Shown here piece after piece: positions 20,645 through 30,693 of a DNA stretch of 64,000 nt; position 1 is the first letter of the stretch; each line of letters opens with the position of its first letter. Both the position numbers and the translations under genes were made by a program. The notes under the pieces are model-generated. The model had not been told where the DNA came from. It did not search any database and saw only the letters and a program-made list of their open reading frames with translations. The stretch is from Acidobacteriota bacterium. Its GTDB lineage: Bacteria > Acidobacteriota > UBA4820 > DSQY01. The DNA lies in the NCBI GenBank assembly GCA_037445535.1, contig JBBIKI010000002.1, positions 14,338 through 78,337 on the forward strand, read 5' to 3'.

Positions 20645-22567
20645 ATGGGAACAGTGGATGCGACTGCGGGAAGAGGCTGGACGATGACGGGCCTTTGGAC
20701 TACTTGGACCGCGGCTTTGGGGTGCACATGGCCCTTGATGGCGGCCCTGGCCGTGTCCGCCGAAGGCACCGGGCAGGAAGCCCCCTTTCCATGGGCTACG
20801 GCGGCGGCGGTGGCCGCCTTGGGCGCGGCGGGCCTCCTCTACGCCAGGAGCAGGCGCGCTCTGGCGGCCCTCCGCCGGAGCGAGGAGGCCTACCGCCTTC
20901 TGGTGGAGAACCAGACCGACCTCGTGGTGAAGGTGGACAAAGACGGACGCTTCCTCTTCGTGAGCCCCTCCTACTGCCGGCTCTTCGGCAAAACGCCCGA
21001 AGAGCTTCTCGGCAAGACGTTCATGCCCCTGGTCCACGAGGAGGATCGGGCGGCCACGGCCAAGGCCATGGAGGCCCTCTGGGCTCCGCCTTACACGGCC
21101 GCCATGGAGCAGCGCGCGCTCACGAAGGAGGGGTGGCGCTGGCTCGCGTGGTCCGACAAAGCGGTTGTGGACGCCTCCGGCAGCGTGACGGCGGTGGTAG
21201 GGGTAGGCCGGGACATCACCGAACGGCGCCTGGCCGAAGTGGCTCTGCAGGAGAACGACCGCCGCGTCCGCGCTCTTGTGGAGGCATCTCCCGTGGGCAT
21301 GCACATGTTCCGTCTGGAGGAGGACGGCAGGCTCATTTTCACGGGCGCCAATCCCGCCGCCGACAAGATCCTCGAGGTAGACCACAAGGACCTGGAGGGC
21401 AAGACCATCGAAGATGCCTTCCCCTCGCTGGAGGGAACGGAACTCCGTCGGCGCTACGCCGAGGTTTGCCGCAACGGAATCCCCTGGCGCGAGGAGCGGC
21501 TCGCCTACGAGGACGCGCGCATTCGGGGCATCTTTGAAATCTACGCCTTTCAGACGGGGCCAGGGACCATGGGCACCATGTTCTTCGACGTGACCCATCG
21601 GTTAGCCCTTTCAGCCGAGATCGCCGAATGGAAACAGCGGTTTGAACTCGTGGCTTCAGCCTCGGGCCAGGTCGTCTACGAATACCACATCCCGACCGGG
21701 GCCATTCTATGGAGCGGCAGCTTGGAGCAGGTGCTGGGGTACGCGGCGAGCGAGATGGGCGGCATCGAGCAGTGGGTGGGACGCATCCATCCCGATGACA
21801 GGTCCGCGGCCATGCGCCTGCTGGAGGCCTCCGAACGGGCCCTCCTTCCTTACGACACGGAGTACCGTTTCAAGCTGAGGGACGGCCGTTACATACCCAT
21901 CCACGACCGGGGCACGTTCGTCCCTGGCCCCGACGGCCAAGCGTTGCGTATGGCCGGGATCATGGCGGACATCACGGAACGAAAACACGAGGAGGCGGAG
22001 CTGCGGCTGAGAAACCGCCAGCTCCTCGCGCTCGTGGCCTCGGCAGAAGCCATGGGAAGTTTTGTAACCATGGAAGAGGCGGCCAGGGGCATTTGTGAGG
22101 CGGCTCTGTCCGCCTTCGGCGCCGTGATGGCCTGGGTCGGCCTCGTGGTCCCCGAGAGTACCGAGCTGACATTCCTCGTGTCGGCGGGGCGCGACGAGGG
22201 GTACACGGAGAAAGTGCGGGTCCGGTGGGACCTCTCCCCCCGTGCCATGGGCCCCACGGGGCGGGCCATCAAGAACCGCCGGCCGGAAGTAATGAACGTG
22301 GATGATCCCCGCTTTGCCCCGTGGCGCGAAGAGGCCTTGATGCGGGGGTACCGAACCGTCTGCGCCCTTCCCCTTCTGCACGGTGAGGAGATCCGGGGCG
22401 CCGTCACCCTCTACAGCGAGAGTCCGAGCGCCTTCGGCCCGGATACATTCGATGTCCTGGAGATATTCGCCCGCCAGTGCACCATGGTCGTCGTGAACAC
22501 CGCCCTCCACGAGGAAGCCAAGAGAACCATCCAAGAGCTGTGGGCCGCCCGCGAGGATCGAGAGTAG
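20645..22567 (+). CDS. membrane-anchored sensor protein with three PAS domains and a C-terminal GAF domain and no output domain
   Basis: N-terminal hydrophobic segments; three PAS-like blocks (each with a D-I-T-E-R-K/R end motif: [33 protein letters not shown]); a C-terminal GAF-like region; no HisKA/HATPase, GGDEF, EAL or HD-GYP. The start could be the internal Met (MTGLW...). Confidence 0.75.
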   Translation: MGTVDATAGRGWTMTGLWTTWTAALGCTWPLMAALAVSAEGTGQEAPFPWATAAAVAALGAAGLLYARSRRALAALRRSEEAYRLLVENQTDLVVKVDKDGRFLFVSPSYCRLFGKTPEELLGKTFMPLVHEEDRAATAKAMEALWAPPYTAAMEQRALTKEGWRWLAWSDKAVVDASGSVTAVVGVGRDITERRLAEVALQENDRRVRALVEASPVGMHMFRLEEDGRLIFTGANPAADKILEVDHKDLEGKTIEDAFPSLEGTELRRRYAEVCRNGIPWREERLAYEDARIRGIFEIYAFQTGPGTMGTMFFDVTHRLALSAEIAEWKQRFELVASASGQVVYEYHIPTGAILWSGSLEQVLGYAASEMGGIEQWVGRIHPDDRSAAMRLLEASERALLPYDTEYRFKLRDGRYIPIHDRGTFVPGPDGQALRMAGIMADITERKHEEAELRLRNRQLLALVASAEAMGSFVTMEEAARGICEAALSAFGAVMAWVGLVVPESTELTFLVSAGRDEGYTEKVRVRWDLSPRAMGPTGRAIKNRRPEVMNVDDPRFAPWREEALMRGYRTVCALPLLHGEEIRGAVTLYSESPSAFGPDTFDVLEIFARQCTMVVVNTALHEEAKRTIQELWAAREDRE

Positions 22568-22647
22568 GCGCCTTCCAGACGGGGCGCGGGCCGTTCTGCC
22601 TTGCGGCCCTTCCCTCCCGGGAGTAGACTCTGCGCGGAGGGACGGAC

Positions 22648-23274
22648 GTGAACAGGCCCAAACTCGGGGACATGCTGATCGAGGCCAACCTCATCGACGA
22701 GGTGCAGATGAGGATCGCCCTTCAGGAGCAAAAGCAACGCGGGACGCGCTTCGGCTCCACCCTCCTGGCCCTCCACTTCATCGACGAGAACGTCCTGACG
22801 GCCTTCCTGTCCAGGCAGCTAGACATTCCGTGCGTCTCGCTGTCCAACATCGAAATTCCGCCGCGGCTGCTGGTGGCCGTGCCCAAGGACTTGGCCTTGA
22901 GGTACCACGCCCTGCCCGTTCGCGAAGACAAGGGAACCCTGCACGTGGCCATGTGCGATCCCATGGATTGGGAGACCACCGAAGCGCTGGAGGCGCACAC
23001 GGGCTGGTCGGTGGTGCCCATGGTGGCCCCTCAGTCCAGCATCCTGGATTGCATCGAGCGGTACTATCCGGGCTCGGGCTCGGGTTCGGGCAAGCCGTCC
23101 ATCGAGGATACGGGATCGGGCCTGTTTCCCGATCTCATCCGCGAGATTGAGGAAATGGACGTCTTCGGCCGTCACTTTCGTAAGATCGAGGACCGCCTGG
23201 ACCGCATCGACGCAGCCTTGGCTCGTTTGGAAGGGAGCCGGGAGCGGGGACCGGGAAGCCAAAACCCCGCGTAG
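22648..23274 (+). CDS. stand-alone T2SS-E N-terminal (MshEN-type) domain protein, predicted c-di-GMP receptor
   Basis: Tandem MshEN-type motifs KLGDMLIEANLIDEVQMRIALQEQ and RFGSTLLALHFIDENVLTAFLSRQL separated by 5 residues; a GSPII_E_N fold segment follows; no ATPase domain. Confidence 0.75.
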   Translation: MNRPKLGDMLIEANLIDEVQMRIALQEQKQRGTRFGSTLLALHFIDENVLTAFLSRQLDIPCVSLSNIEIPPRLLVAVPKDLALRYHALPVREDKGTLHVAMCDPMDWETTEALEAHTGWSVVPMVAPQSSILDCIERYYPGSGSGSGKPSIEDTGSGLFPDLIREIEEMDVFGRHFRKIEDRLDRIDAALARLEGSRERGPGSQNPA

Positions 23275-23357
23275 CCTTCCCCCGCTCGGCTATCCCGAGT
23301 ACTCAATCCCCCGGTGGCCTACTCGCTCGATCACGTTGCGTCCCCCACCTCCCTGCG

Positions 23358-24032
23358 TCAATGAACTACCTTTCCGGGAAAGGATAGAACGGGAGCCGGC
23401 CCCTCCAGGGCGAGGTCCAGTTCCCGTTGCAGCAGGTCGAACCGTTCCTCGATGCTCTGGACTTCCAAAAGGCGCTGTTTGCGTTCCGCCGTTACGCCCA
23501 GAACTTGGGCCGCGGCCGCGGCGAGGGCCTCGTCACCCACCTGTCCCATCTGCCGCATGAGGTCGCTCACCGCGTCCTCGCCGCCCTCCATCTTGCCGTC
23601 AAGAAAAGCAGTGAGGGAGGCCAGGAGGTTCAGCCGCCGCAGGCTGAGGCCCTGGCGGGCCGTTTCCCCTTCCGCGCCGTCGTGGCGGATGCTCGCGAGG
23701 CGGTAGCGGGTCACGGTTTCGAGCTCTTGGCTGATATGGAAGCGCTCCACACCCACCAGCCAGATGAGGAAGCGCCCGTCCTCCGTTTCCGTGTGGCGCG
23801 CGATGACCCCAGCGCAACCCACGTCGCGAACGGGCGGATTGAAGGGCTGCTCCTTCTCGTGGCCCGGGAGGATCTGCACCATGCCGATGATATGGTGGCT
23901 CGCCAGCGCGTCGCGAACCATCTCCGTGTAGCGGGCCTCGAAGATGTGAAGCGGAAGCACCTCGCCCGGCAGCAGGACCGTCTGAGGCAGGGGGAAAATG
24001 GGGATGACGTCGGGAACCGGTACGGCAGCCAT
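23358..24032 (-). CDS. LON N-terminal (substrate-binding) domain-only protein
   Basis: IPIFPLPQTVLLPGEVLPLHIFEARYTEMV... is the classic Lon N-domain start; no AAA+ or protease domains. Confidence 0.8.
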   Translation of the reverse strand: MAAVPVPDVIPIFPLPQTVLLPGEVLPLHIFEARYTEMVRDALASHHIIGMVQILPGHEKEQPFNPPVRDVGCAGVIARHTETEDGRFLIWLVGVERFHISQELETVTRYRLASIRHDGAEGETARQGLSLRRLNLLASLTAFLDGKMEGGEDAVSDLMRQMGQVGDEALAAAAAQVLGVTAERKQRLLEVQSIEERFDLLQRELDLALEGPAPVLSFPGKVVH

Positions 24033-24447
24033 GGGCGCCTCCTGGCGAGAGCGGCCCGGCCAGCGCGTGCCCTCTCTCCTACTCCTCTAACGTCACCGGG
24101 AGCCGCCGTTATTTCGTTCTCCGCTCCCTTCCATGACCGCATCCCACCCCGGAGAGTAAGGGCCTATCCGTAAAATAGGATTTGGCCGCAACGGAGGCTG
24201 GCCGGGAAGAAAGGCTCTGGCCGCGGGAACGTCTCTGGCGCGCCGCCTGCGCCCTGGGATGCGCGGCACGAAGCGCGAGGAGGACGATGCGGGAGGCATC
24301 AGCGACGAGCCACGGCGCCGGGGAGGGCCGTCCCTCCGCAAATGGGGGCGGGCGAGGAAGCCCTGGCCCAATGGCCGCCCGCACCCGGAGCAGGTAGGCC
24401 TGAACCGAGCATAGCGGACACGGGCCTAAGCGGCTACTAGCAGGCTG

Positions 24448-27400
24448 CTAGGGGAAAGGCTCGGCGGAGGCCGCATCCAGCCAAGACAGCTCGGGGATGG
24501 CGGTGAACAGCAGGGCAGCCCGAAGGCCTTCCCCAAGGCCCGCGCGGCGGGCCATGCCAACGTAGGCCTTGAGCTGGCCCGAATAGGCTCTGCGCTGGGC
24601 CTCGATCCATTCGGACAGGCGGCCCGCGGGCCGGCCCGTCTTGAAGTCCACGATGACGATTCCCGCGGGCGACTGCACCCGCAGGTCCACCCGCCCCACG
24701 CGGAGCCGGCCCCTCCCGTCGTAGTCCTCGATGGGCCATTCGGCCACCACCTCGGCGCCTCTCAGCAGGTTCTGCATGGGAGGAAAGTTCCATGCAAGGC
24801 GGGCTTCCTGCACAAGGTCTCCCGCCATTTCCCTGGCCAAGGGGAGGGTGAGTTTCTCTTCCACGAGCGCTGCGGCAACGGCATCCGCGCCCGGCATCGG
24901 CTCCCTGCGAGCCAGCGTTTCGAAGATCCGGTGCATGACCACGCCCCGCGCTTGGGCCTCCGGACTCGCCTCGTCGCTGCCCGGCCTCGCGGCCTGGGCC
25001 GTTTGCTGCTCCACCTCGGAGGGGCTGCTGATGACATAAGGAAGGGGCCGGGGCGCGAAGGGCGGCGGCTGAGGCAGGAGCCGGCCGGGGGGAACCTCGG
25101 GAGGAACCGCAGCATCGGGACAAGGATCATGCTCAAGGACGAAGAGGGGCGGCCCTACGAGCCCTTCTTCCCACGCTTCCTCCACAGCCGCCAGCCCCGG
25201 TCCCGCTGAGGCCGAAGGGGAGCCGTCCTTCAGCCGCTCGTCCAACCCCGTGAGGGTGAGGGCCTCCTTCGCCCGCGTGACGGCCACGTAGAATTGGCGT
25301 TTGAACTCGGCCGTGTCACGCCCCCGGCCCAGCTCCGCCAGGAGCATGTGCGCCAGCACCTTCTCGCCCGTCCTCCGGTCCGCCGTGGCCGCCGCCAAGG
25401 GATCCCGCGCATTTCCGGGAATGAGGTCCACGAGAAAGGCGGGCGTCTCACGCCTGTTTCGCGCGGGCTGGTGGTCCATCGCCACGGCGAAGACGTGGTC
25501 GAATTCCAAGCCTTTGGCTCCATGGATCGTCATGACCTGCACGCCGGCAGCGGCGCCCCTCGGGTCCGGTGGCGTGTAGGCATCCTCCAGCAGGCGCTCC
25601 AGGCGGGCCAGCGCCTCCTCCGGCGGCGAAGACGGACACGTGAGAAGCCGGTCGAACAGCGCCAGGGCGTTGGCGACGCCTTGGGGACCGGAGAGGCCCA
25701 CCGTCGCGGCGGGCCCTCCTAGGTCCTCCCAGACTCGCTGAAGGGTGGCGGCGAAGGGCTCCCGTCCGAAGGCGGGAGCGGCATGCCGCAGGACTTGCCC
25801 AAAGCGCTCCAGCGCGGGATGGGCGTCCCCCGCCTCTCCAAGTCTCGCGGACCACGGGCCCGGGGATCCCGCGGCCAGCGCCTCCAGAGCCGGCAGCGGC
25901 GCCCGGCTCCAAGGAGCCCGCAAGGCTCCCGCCCAGGCCACATCGTCGTAGGGCCTCACGAGTGCCCGAAAGAGGTTCAAGAGATGGCGGACTTCGGGGG
26001 CATCGAGCATGGGCCGCCCCTCTTTGATCCGCAGGGGGACGCGCAAGGATTCGAAGGCCGCCACGAAGGCCGCGAGGTGGGTCCGAGCGGGGATGAGGAC
26101 CGCGATCCGGTCTCCCGCCACGCCACGGGCGAGGAGATTGGCCACCCTGGCCGCCACGAAGGCCGCCTCCTTTTCCCTGGCTTGCGCCCGGGTGGGCCGG
26201 TCCTCCACTTGGCTGCGGCTGCTGGCGCACGTGAAGAGGGCCGCGAGCACGGGCGAGGGAGCGCCGGATGCTTCCCGAGATGGTTCGGACGGGGCGAAGC
26301 TTACCTCGTCCAGGGTTTCATCGGGATCCGCCATGACGTTGCCGAAGAGGGCGTTCGCGAATGCCACTAGATGGGGCCTGGAGCGGAAATTGGCGGATAG
26401 GCGCAGGGCATGGAGAGGGAAATTCGCCTCGCCCTCGCGGGCCAGGCCCGTCCGCTGCATGCGGCGGAAGAGCGCCACCTCGGCTCGCCGGAACCGGTAG
26501 ATGGACTGCTTGGGATCGCCCACCACGAAGAGCGTTTCGGTCCCGTGAGGTTCCCATCCCTGGGTGAGGGCGCCCAGAATCCGCACTTGCATGTCGTTGA
26601 CGTCTTGAGCTTCGTCCACGAGGACGTGCCTGAGGTGCTCATGGAAGAAGATGAGGCTTTCGCTCGGACGCTCGAACCGGTTCAGCGCCCGTAAGGCCGC
26701 CGCCTCCAGCTCCGTGAAGTCCAACCCCCGGGCGTTCCTGGCTCGCCGGAACCGGCTCAGAACGGCTCCGGCCAGGCAGACCATGTCGGCCAGGGCCGCC
26801 GCGCCGGCGCCGTCCAGGCCCGCGTCGGGCCAGGAGGCTACGAAGGCGAGCCGCGAAGCCACCGAGGGAGGCAGCTCCCGGATGAGGGCCGAGGCGGGAT
26901 GCTTCTTGAACCCGTCGGGAAACCCGGTCCCGCGCCCCATGGACTGGCGCACGCTTCGGGCCGAAGGGCTTTTGTCGGCGCTGCCCGTAAGGAACACCTC
27001 CGCGGCGGTCCGCCAGGCCGCCGCGTGGGCTACCCCGGTGCCGGGAACGGCGGCGGGGAGGCGCTCCGCCATCGGAACACCGGCCGAATCCAGGGCCCGT
27101 TTGAGATCGCTCCACGCCCCGGCTCGGGCCGAAAAATACTCCTCCATCGGCCTCATGAACGACGCCGCGAGCTGGTCGGTCCGCGAGGCCAGCGTTCCCG
27201 TGAAGCCGTCCGCCCCTCCCTCGGCGAAGAGCGACCCCACCAAGAGGAGCCTGTCGCGCCGCTTCAAGAGGTCAAGGAGTTGCTCGCGCAAGGTCCGAAC
27301 GCTATTGTCCGCCGCGGCCAGGCGCCGCCTGAAGGCCGCCATTTCTTCGTAGGTGGCCGTGCCCGCCGCCACGGAGGCGAGGGCATCCGACACGCAGGCC

Positions 27401-27864
27401 GCCAGCAGTTCATCCTGCTCCACGGGCTCCAGCAGCCCAAGGCCAGGCGGCACGTCTGCTTCCAAGGGCCAGCCCCGGACCACCCGGGCGCAGAAACCGT
27501 GGAAGGTGCTTACCATGAGGGTGTCCGGGCTCAGGAGGCGGCGGCCCAAGGGCCGGTGGGCCGAAACCGCATCGAGGGCCAGGGCCAGGAGCGTGTCCTT
27601 CCAGGACCCGTCCCCTTTCGGCCTCTCGCCCTTAAGAGCCCGCTTGAGGACGCCCGTGATGCGGTCCAGCATCTCCGCCGCCGCCCTGTTCGTGAACGTC
27701 ACTGCGAGAATTTGGCGCGGGTGCCCCACGCGGGCCAGGAGGGCCAGGTACCGGGCCGTGAGCAGGGCCGTCTTCCCGCTGCCCGCGGGGGACTCCAGGA
27801 TCAAGCTCCGGCTCGGGTCCAGGGCCTCGTCCCGGACCTTCGCATCGGCGGGCGCGGGGCTCAC
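24448..27864 (-). CDS. addA: AddA-type ATP-dependent helicase/nuclease subunit A (UvrD-like helicase plus C-terminal PD-(D/E)xK nuclease)
   Basis: Walker A ESPAGSGKT; UvrD motifs (...VLVDEAQDVNDMQ..., TIHGAKGLEFDHVF); C-terminal nuclease ...GRVDLRVQSPAGIVIVDFKTGRP...; GTG start at 27864 in a GTGA overlap with the addB stop, with a GGAGGAGG SD. Confidence 0.85.
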   Translation of the reverse strand: MSPAPADAKVRDEALDPSRSLILESPAGSGKTALLTARYLALLARVGHPRQILAVTFTNRAAAEMLDRITGVLKRALKGERPKGDGSWKDTLLALALDAVSAHRPLGRRLLSPDTLMVSTFHGFCARVVRGWPLEADVPPGLGLLEPVEQDELLAACVSDALASVAAGTATYEEMAAFRRRLAAADNSVRTLREQLLDLLKRRDRLLLVGSLFAEGGADGFTGTLASRTDQLAASFMRPMEEYFSARAGAWSDLKRALDSAGVPMAERLPAAVPGTGVAHAAAWRTAAEVFLTGSADKSPSARSVRQSMGRGTGFPDGFKKHPASALIRELPPSVASRLAFVASWPDAGLDGAGAAALADMVCLAGAVLSRFRRARNARGLDFTELEAAALRALNRFERPSESLIFFHEHLRHVLVDEAQDVNDMQVRILGALTQGWEPHGTETLFVVGDPKQSIYRFRRAEVALFRRMQRTGLAREGEANFPLHALRLSANFRSRPHLVAFANALFGNVMADPDETLDEVSFAPSEPSREASGAPSPVLAALFTCASSRSQVEDRPTRAQAREKEAAFVAARVANLLARGVAGDRIAVLIPARTHLAAFVAAFESLRVPLRIKEGRPMLDAPEVRHLLNLFRALVRPYDDVAWAGALRAPWSRAPLPALEALAAGSPGPWSARLGEAGDAHPALERFGQVLRHAAPAFGREPFAATLQRVWEDLGGPAATVGLSGPQGVANALALFDRLLTCPSSPPEEALARLERLLEDAYTPPDPRGAAAGVQVMTIHGAKGLEFDHVFAVAMDHQPARNRRETPAFLVDLIPGNARDPLAAATADRRTGEKVLAHMLLAELGRGRDTAEFKRQFYVAVTRAKEALTLTGLDERLKDGSPSASAGPGLAAVEEAWEEGLVGPPLFVLEHDPCPDAAVPPEVPPGRLLPQPPPFAPRPLPYVISSPSEVEQQTAQAARPGSDEASPEAQARGVVMHRIFETLARREPMPGADAVAAALVEEKLTLPLAREMAGDLVQEARLAWNFPPMQNLLRGAEVVAEWPIEDYDGRGRLRVGRVDLRVQSPAGIVIVDFKTGRPAGRLSEWIEAQRRAYSGQLKAYVGMARRAGLGEGLRAALLFTAIPELSWLDAASAEPFP

Positions 27865-30575
27865 GGCGTGTCCTCCTCGGCGGCGTCCGCCTCCGCGCGC
27901 TCTGAAACCCCGTCGAACCGGCCGCAAAGGTCATAGTAAGGACAGGTTTCGCAGGCCCCCGTGCGCCGCGTGAAGGCTCCCCTGGAGGGGGGCCGCGGGT
28001 CCGCGGGAAAAAGGCCTTCGATGCCACTTGACATTCGCGCTTCCATGGCCTGTTCCCACGCGGGCAAGGCCTCGTCCCAATCCACGGGCCTCCGTTTGAG
28101 GTTAAGAGGTTCCACGGCCACGTCGCCGGCCTTGCCCAAAGCGATGTACCCGGCCTGCAGAGATCGCCCCTCCGCCTTCACTTCCGGGATGAGCCCGCCT
28201 CGCACGGCCAGGAGATAGGCCGGAAGCTGGGGCGCCTCGCAGCGCTCCACCACCTGGGCCGCCGAAGGGGCCCGGCCCGATTTGTAGTCCCACACCGCCA
28301 GCCCCATGCTCCCGTGATGGTCCACGCGGTCCACCCGGCCCTTGAGCGTCATGGGGCCAAGGCGCAGGCCGGCGAACCTCGACTCCACCGCGGCGATGCT
28401 CCATCCCTCCCGGGCCCGGATCATTTCCGCCTCCAGCCATGCCTGAAGCACGCCGGCCGTGCCCGACTCCTTGTCGCCCATCCAGCGAAGGCGCTCCACT
28501 TCCCAAAAGAGGGTCCTCGGATGCCGCGACAGTTCCTTGTCCACATTATCTTCGAGCCACGCCCGCGCGCTCTTCGCCGCTGCATCCTCACGGCTCGTGC
28601 CCGGCCATCCGGGGACGTGTTTGGCCAGGCCAGCGGCAAAGGCGGCGAGAACGGCGTGGAGGGCCGTCCCTCGCTCCAGGGGATCGAGGCCTTCGGAAGC
28701 CGGATGCAACGGTTCGAGCCCGAGGACCGGGCCCGCGAAGAATCGGAAGGGACACGCCGCCAGTTCCCCCAGCTCCGTGACGCGCCATTCTCCCGAGAGC
28801 CGGAATCCCGAGGGCTCTTCCTGGCGGGGAAGCCATGGCTGGGAACGCGCCAGGAGGCTGTCCCTCAGCCAGCGGGCTCGCATCCAGGCAGCCGGGGGCG
28901 CGTTCCACAGATCCACGATGGCGACGGCCCCACCACCGGCCCCTTCGTCACTTTCGTCGCGGGCCATGGGGCTTGAAGGCAGAAGGGCCTCATCCTCGCC
29001 GGCCCAGGGGCGGCTCCAGTGCACTACTGGTGCACCTGCCAACAGCGCCGCGATATCGCGGCGCGCCTCCTCCCATTTCGACTCCATGGTGCCGCCCGGC
29101 AGGAGGCGCCTCTCGCTGGGATGAAGCAGAGGCCTGTCAAGAGCGGGCCTGGGAAGGGTGCGGCCGGTCACGCCCAGGACCCAGATCTCGGCAAAGGAGA
29201 GGCCTCGAGCTTCCTCCGCGGCGAGCACCTGGATGCCCTCCGATTCGGGCGTAGGCTCGGCCGCCCGAAGCTCTCCGGCGCAGGCCGTGATCCAGGCCAG
29301 GGCTCCCTCCGCGCTCGTCCGGACGGAGCCCGCCTCGGCGGCAAGGGAGGCCACCACATCGTCCACGTGCCGCCTCGCGATGGCGTCGGCGTCGCGGCGA
29401 CCCTCTTCGAAGGTCACGAAGCCCAAATCCTTCCAGCAGGCTTTCAGGGCGTCCAGCCACGTTCCCAGCGGTGCCCTTCCCAGGGACGCCAGGCTCCTGA
29501 GTGCCGCCACGGGGGCGTTCCTCCGGCCGAGCGCATCGAGGCACGACGCGAGACCGGGGGAGGCGGACGCCGCGAAAAGCGCTTCCCGCACGGCGGAGGC
29601 CCTCCCTGCTCCAATCCCCGCGTAGGGCGAGCAGAGAAGGGAGGCGAGAAGGGCCGAGGGGGCTGATTCTGTCACCACCCGCAGAGGCAGGAGGGCCGTG
29701 AGGAAGAGCGGGTGCTCCGCCAGGGGCCACCCGCCCGCCAGGTTGTACCGAATCTCCCGCCCGAGATCGGGGGGCGGGCCGTCTCCCGCCAGTTCGTCGA
29801 AGCACCGCTTCAGGACACCAAAATAGGGCTGGTCCATATACACCACGCCCAGATCCGTCCGCCCTTCATTCCACGCATCAAGGACCGCGGCGCAGACGGC
29901 GCGGCATTCCTGAAGGGTGGAGCCGAAGACCTGCACCGCTGGGGCCTGTGCCACCTGAGCCGCGCAGGTGAGGTGCACCACGCGGGACCGCTGCGCGAAG
30001 GATTCGAAGAGGCCCGCCTGAAGCGGCGTGGGCGCCTCGAACTCCGCAAGCACCACGCGCTCGGGCAGAGGCACGCGCCCATTCAAGAGTGCCTTTCGGA
30101 GAGACGACATGGCCCCCTGGTGCACGTGAAAGCCCTCCGTTGCCGCCCGCTTGAGGAAGCGCTCCGTGACCGCCCTGCGCCAATCGGAGAGGGAATGGCC
30201 CGCTGCGCCCGAGACCGGCGGCATCCCGTGCTCGTGGAGGTCGTCCAAGGCGAGCTGGAGGTCGCCATAAAGCGCCGGTCCCGGCACCAGCCCCTCAGGC
30301 GGAGCTACACCCGCCGCAGCTTCGTGCCACAGACGCAGGGAGGCGGCCCGGCCCAGGGGGCGAGTTCCAGGCCAGAGCGCCTCGTGGGCGCGGGTGGTCC
30401 AGGCCCCCAGACCGTGGACCCGCAGGCCCGCCCACCCGCAAGGTCCGTCCAGCGCCTTGCCCGCCCTATGGCGGTGGAGGATTCGCCTGGCGAGCCGTGC
30501 CGATCGGGCCAGCACGAGGGCTCCGCCCTCGGCCTCCTGCACAAGGCGCCGTTCGAAAGCAGCCGCGCTGGACAT
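27861..30575 (-). CDS. addB: AddB-type helicase/nuclease subunit B with a C-terminal Fe-S PD-(D/E)xK nuclease
   Basis: Large inactivated-helicase-like body; C-terminal RecB-nuclease with cysteine cluster ...CETCPYYDLCGRF... typical of AddB/Cas4-like Fe-S nucleases; placed immediately upstream of addA. Start assigned to MSSAAAFERR (ATG 30575); the track ORF extends to 30854. Confidence 0.75.
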   Translation of the reverse strand: MSSAAAFERRLVQEAEGGALVLARSARLARRILHRHRAGKALDGPCGWAGLRVHGLGAWTTRAHEALWPGTRPLGRAASLRLWHEAAAGVAPPEGLVPGPALYGDLQLALDDLHEHGMPPVSGAAGHSLSDWRRAVTERFLKRAATEGFHVHQGAMSSLRKALLNGRVPLPERVVLAEFEAPTPLQAGLFESFAQRSRVVHLTCAAQVAQAPAVQVFGSTLQECRAVCAAVLDAWNEGRTDLGVVYMDQPYFGVLKRCFDELAGDGPPPDLGREIRYNLAGGWPLAEHPLFLTALLPLRVVTESAPSALLASLLCSPYAGIGAGRASAVREALFAASASPGLASCLDALGRRNAPVAALRSLASLGRAPLGTWLDALKACWKDLGFVTFEEGRRDADAIARRHVDDVVASLAAEAGSVRTSAEGALAWITACAGELRAAEPTPESEGIQVLAAEEARGLSFAEIWVLGVTGRTLPRPALDRPLLHPSERRLLPGGTMESKWEEARRDIAALLAGAPVVHWSRPWAGEDEALLPSSPMARDESDEGAGGGAVAIVDLWNAPPAAWMRARWLRDSLLARSQPWLPRQEEPSGFRLSGEWRVTELGELAACPFRFFAGPVLGLEPLHPASEGLDPLERGTALHAVLAAFAAGLAKHVPGWPGTSREDAAAKSARAWLEDNVDKELSRHPRTLFWEVERLRWMGDKESGTAGVLQAWLEAEMIRAREGWSIAAVESRFAGLRLGPMTLKGRVDRVDHHGSMGLAVWDYKSGRAPSAAQVVERCEAPQLPAYLLAVRGGLIPEVKAEGRSLQAGYIALGKAGDVAVEPLNLKRRPVDWDEALPAWEQAMEARMSSGIEGLFPADPRPPSRGAFTRRTGACETCPYYDLCGRFDGVSERAEADAAEEDTP

Positions 30576-30693
30576 GGGCGGTTCAACGATGAGTGGCACG
30601 GTCCCTCCGAGGTCATTGTACCAGGAGCGGCCCGCGAAGGGCCCGCCAGGGCGATGAAGACGGAGCCGGGGGTATACTCTGAGGGGAGGCTTT

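Noticed and set aside
24033-24447. A possible terminator hairpin CTAGCAG-G-CTGCTAG between addA and the LonN gene
   Set aside because: The loop is too short and there is no U-tract on the transcribed (minus) strand, so it is not convincing as an intrinsic terminator.
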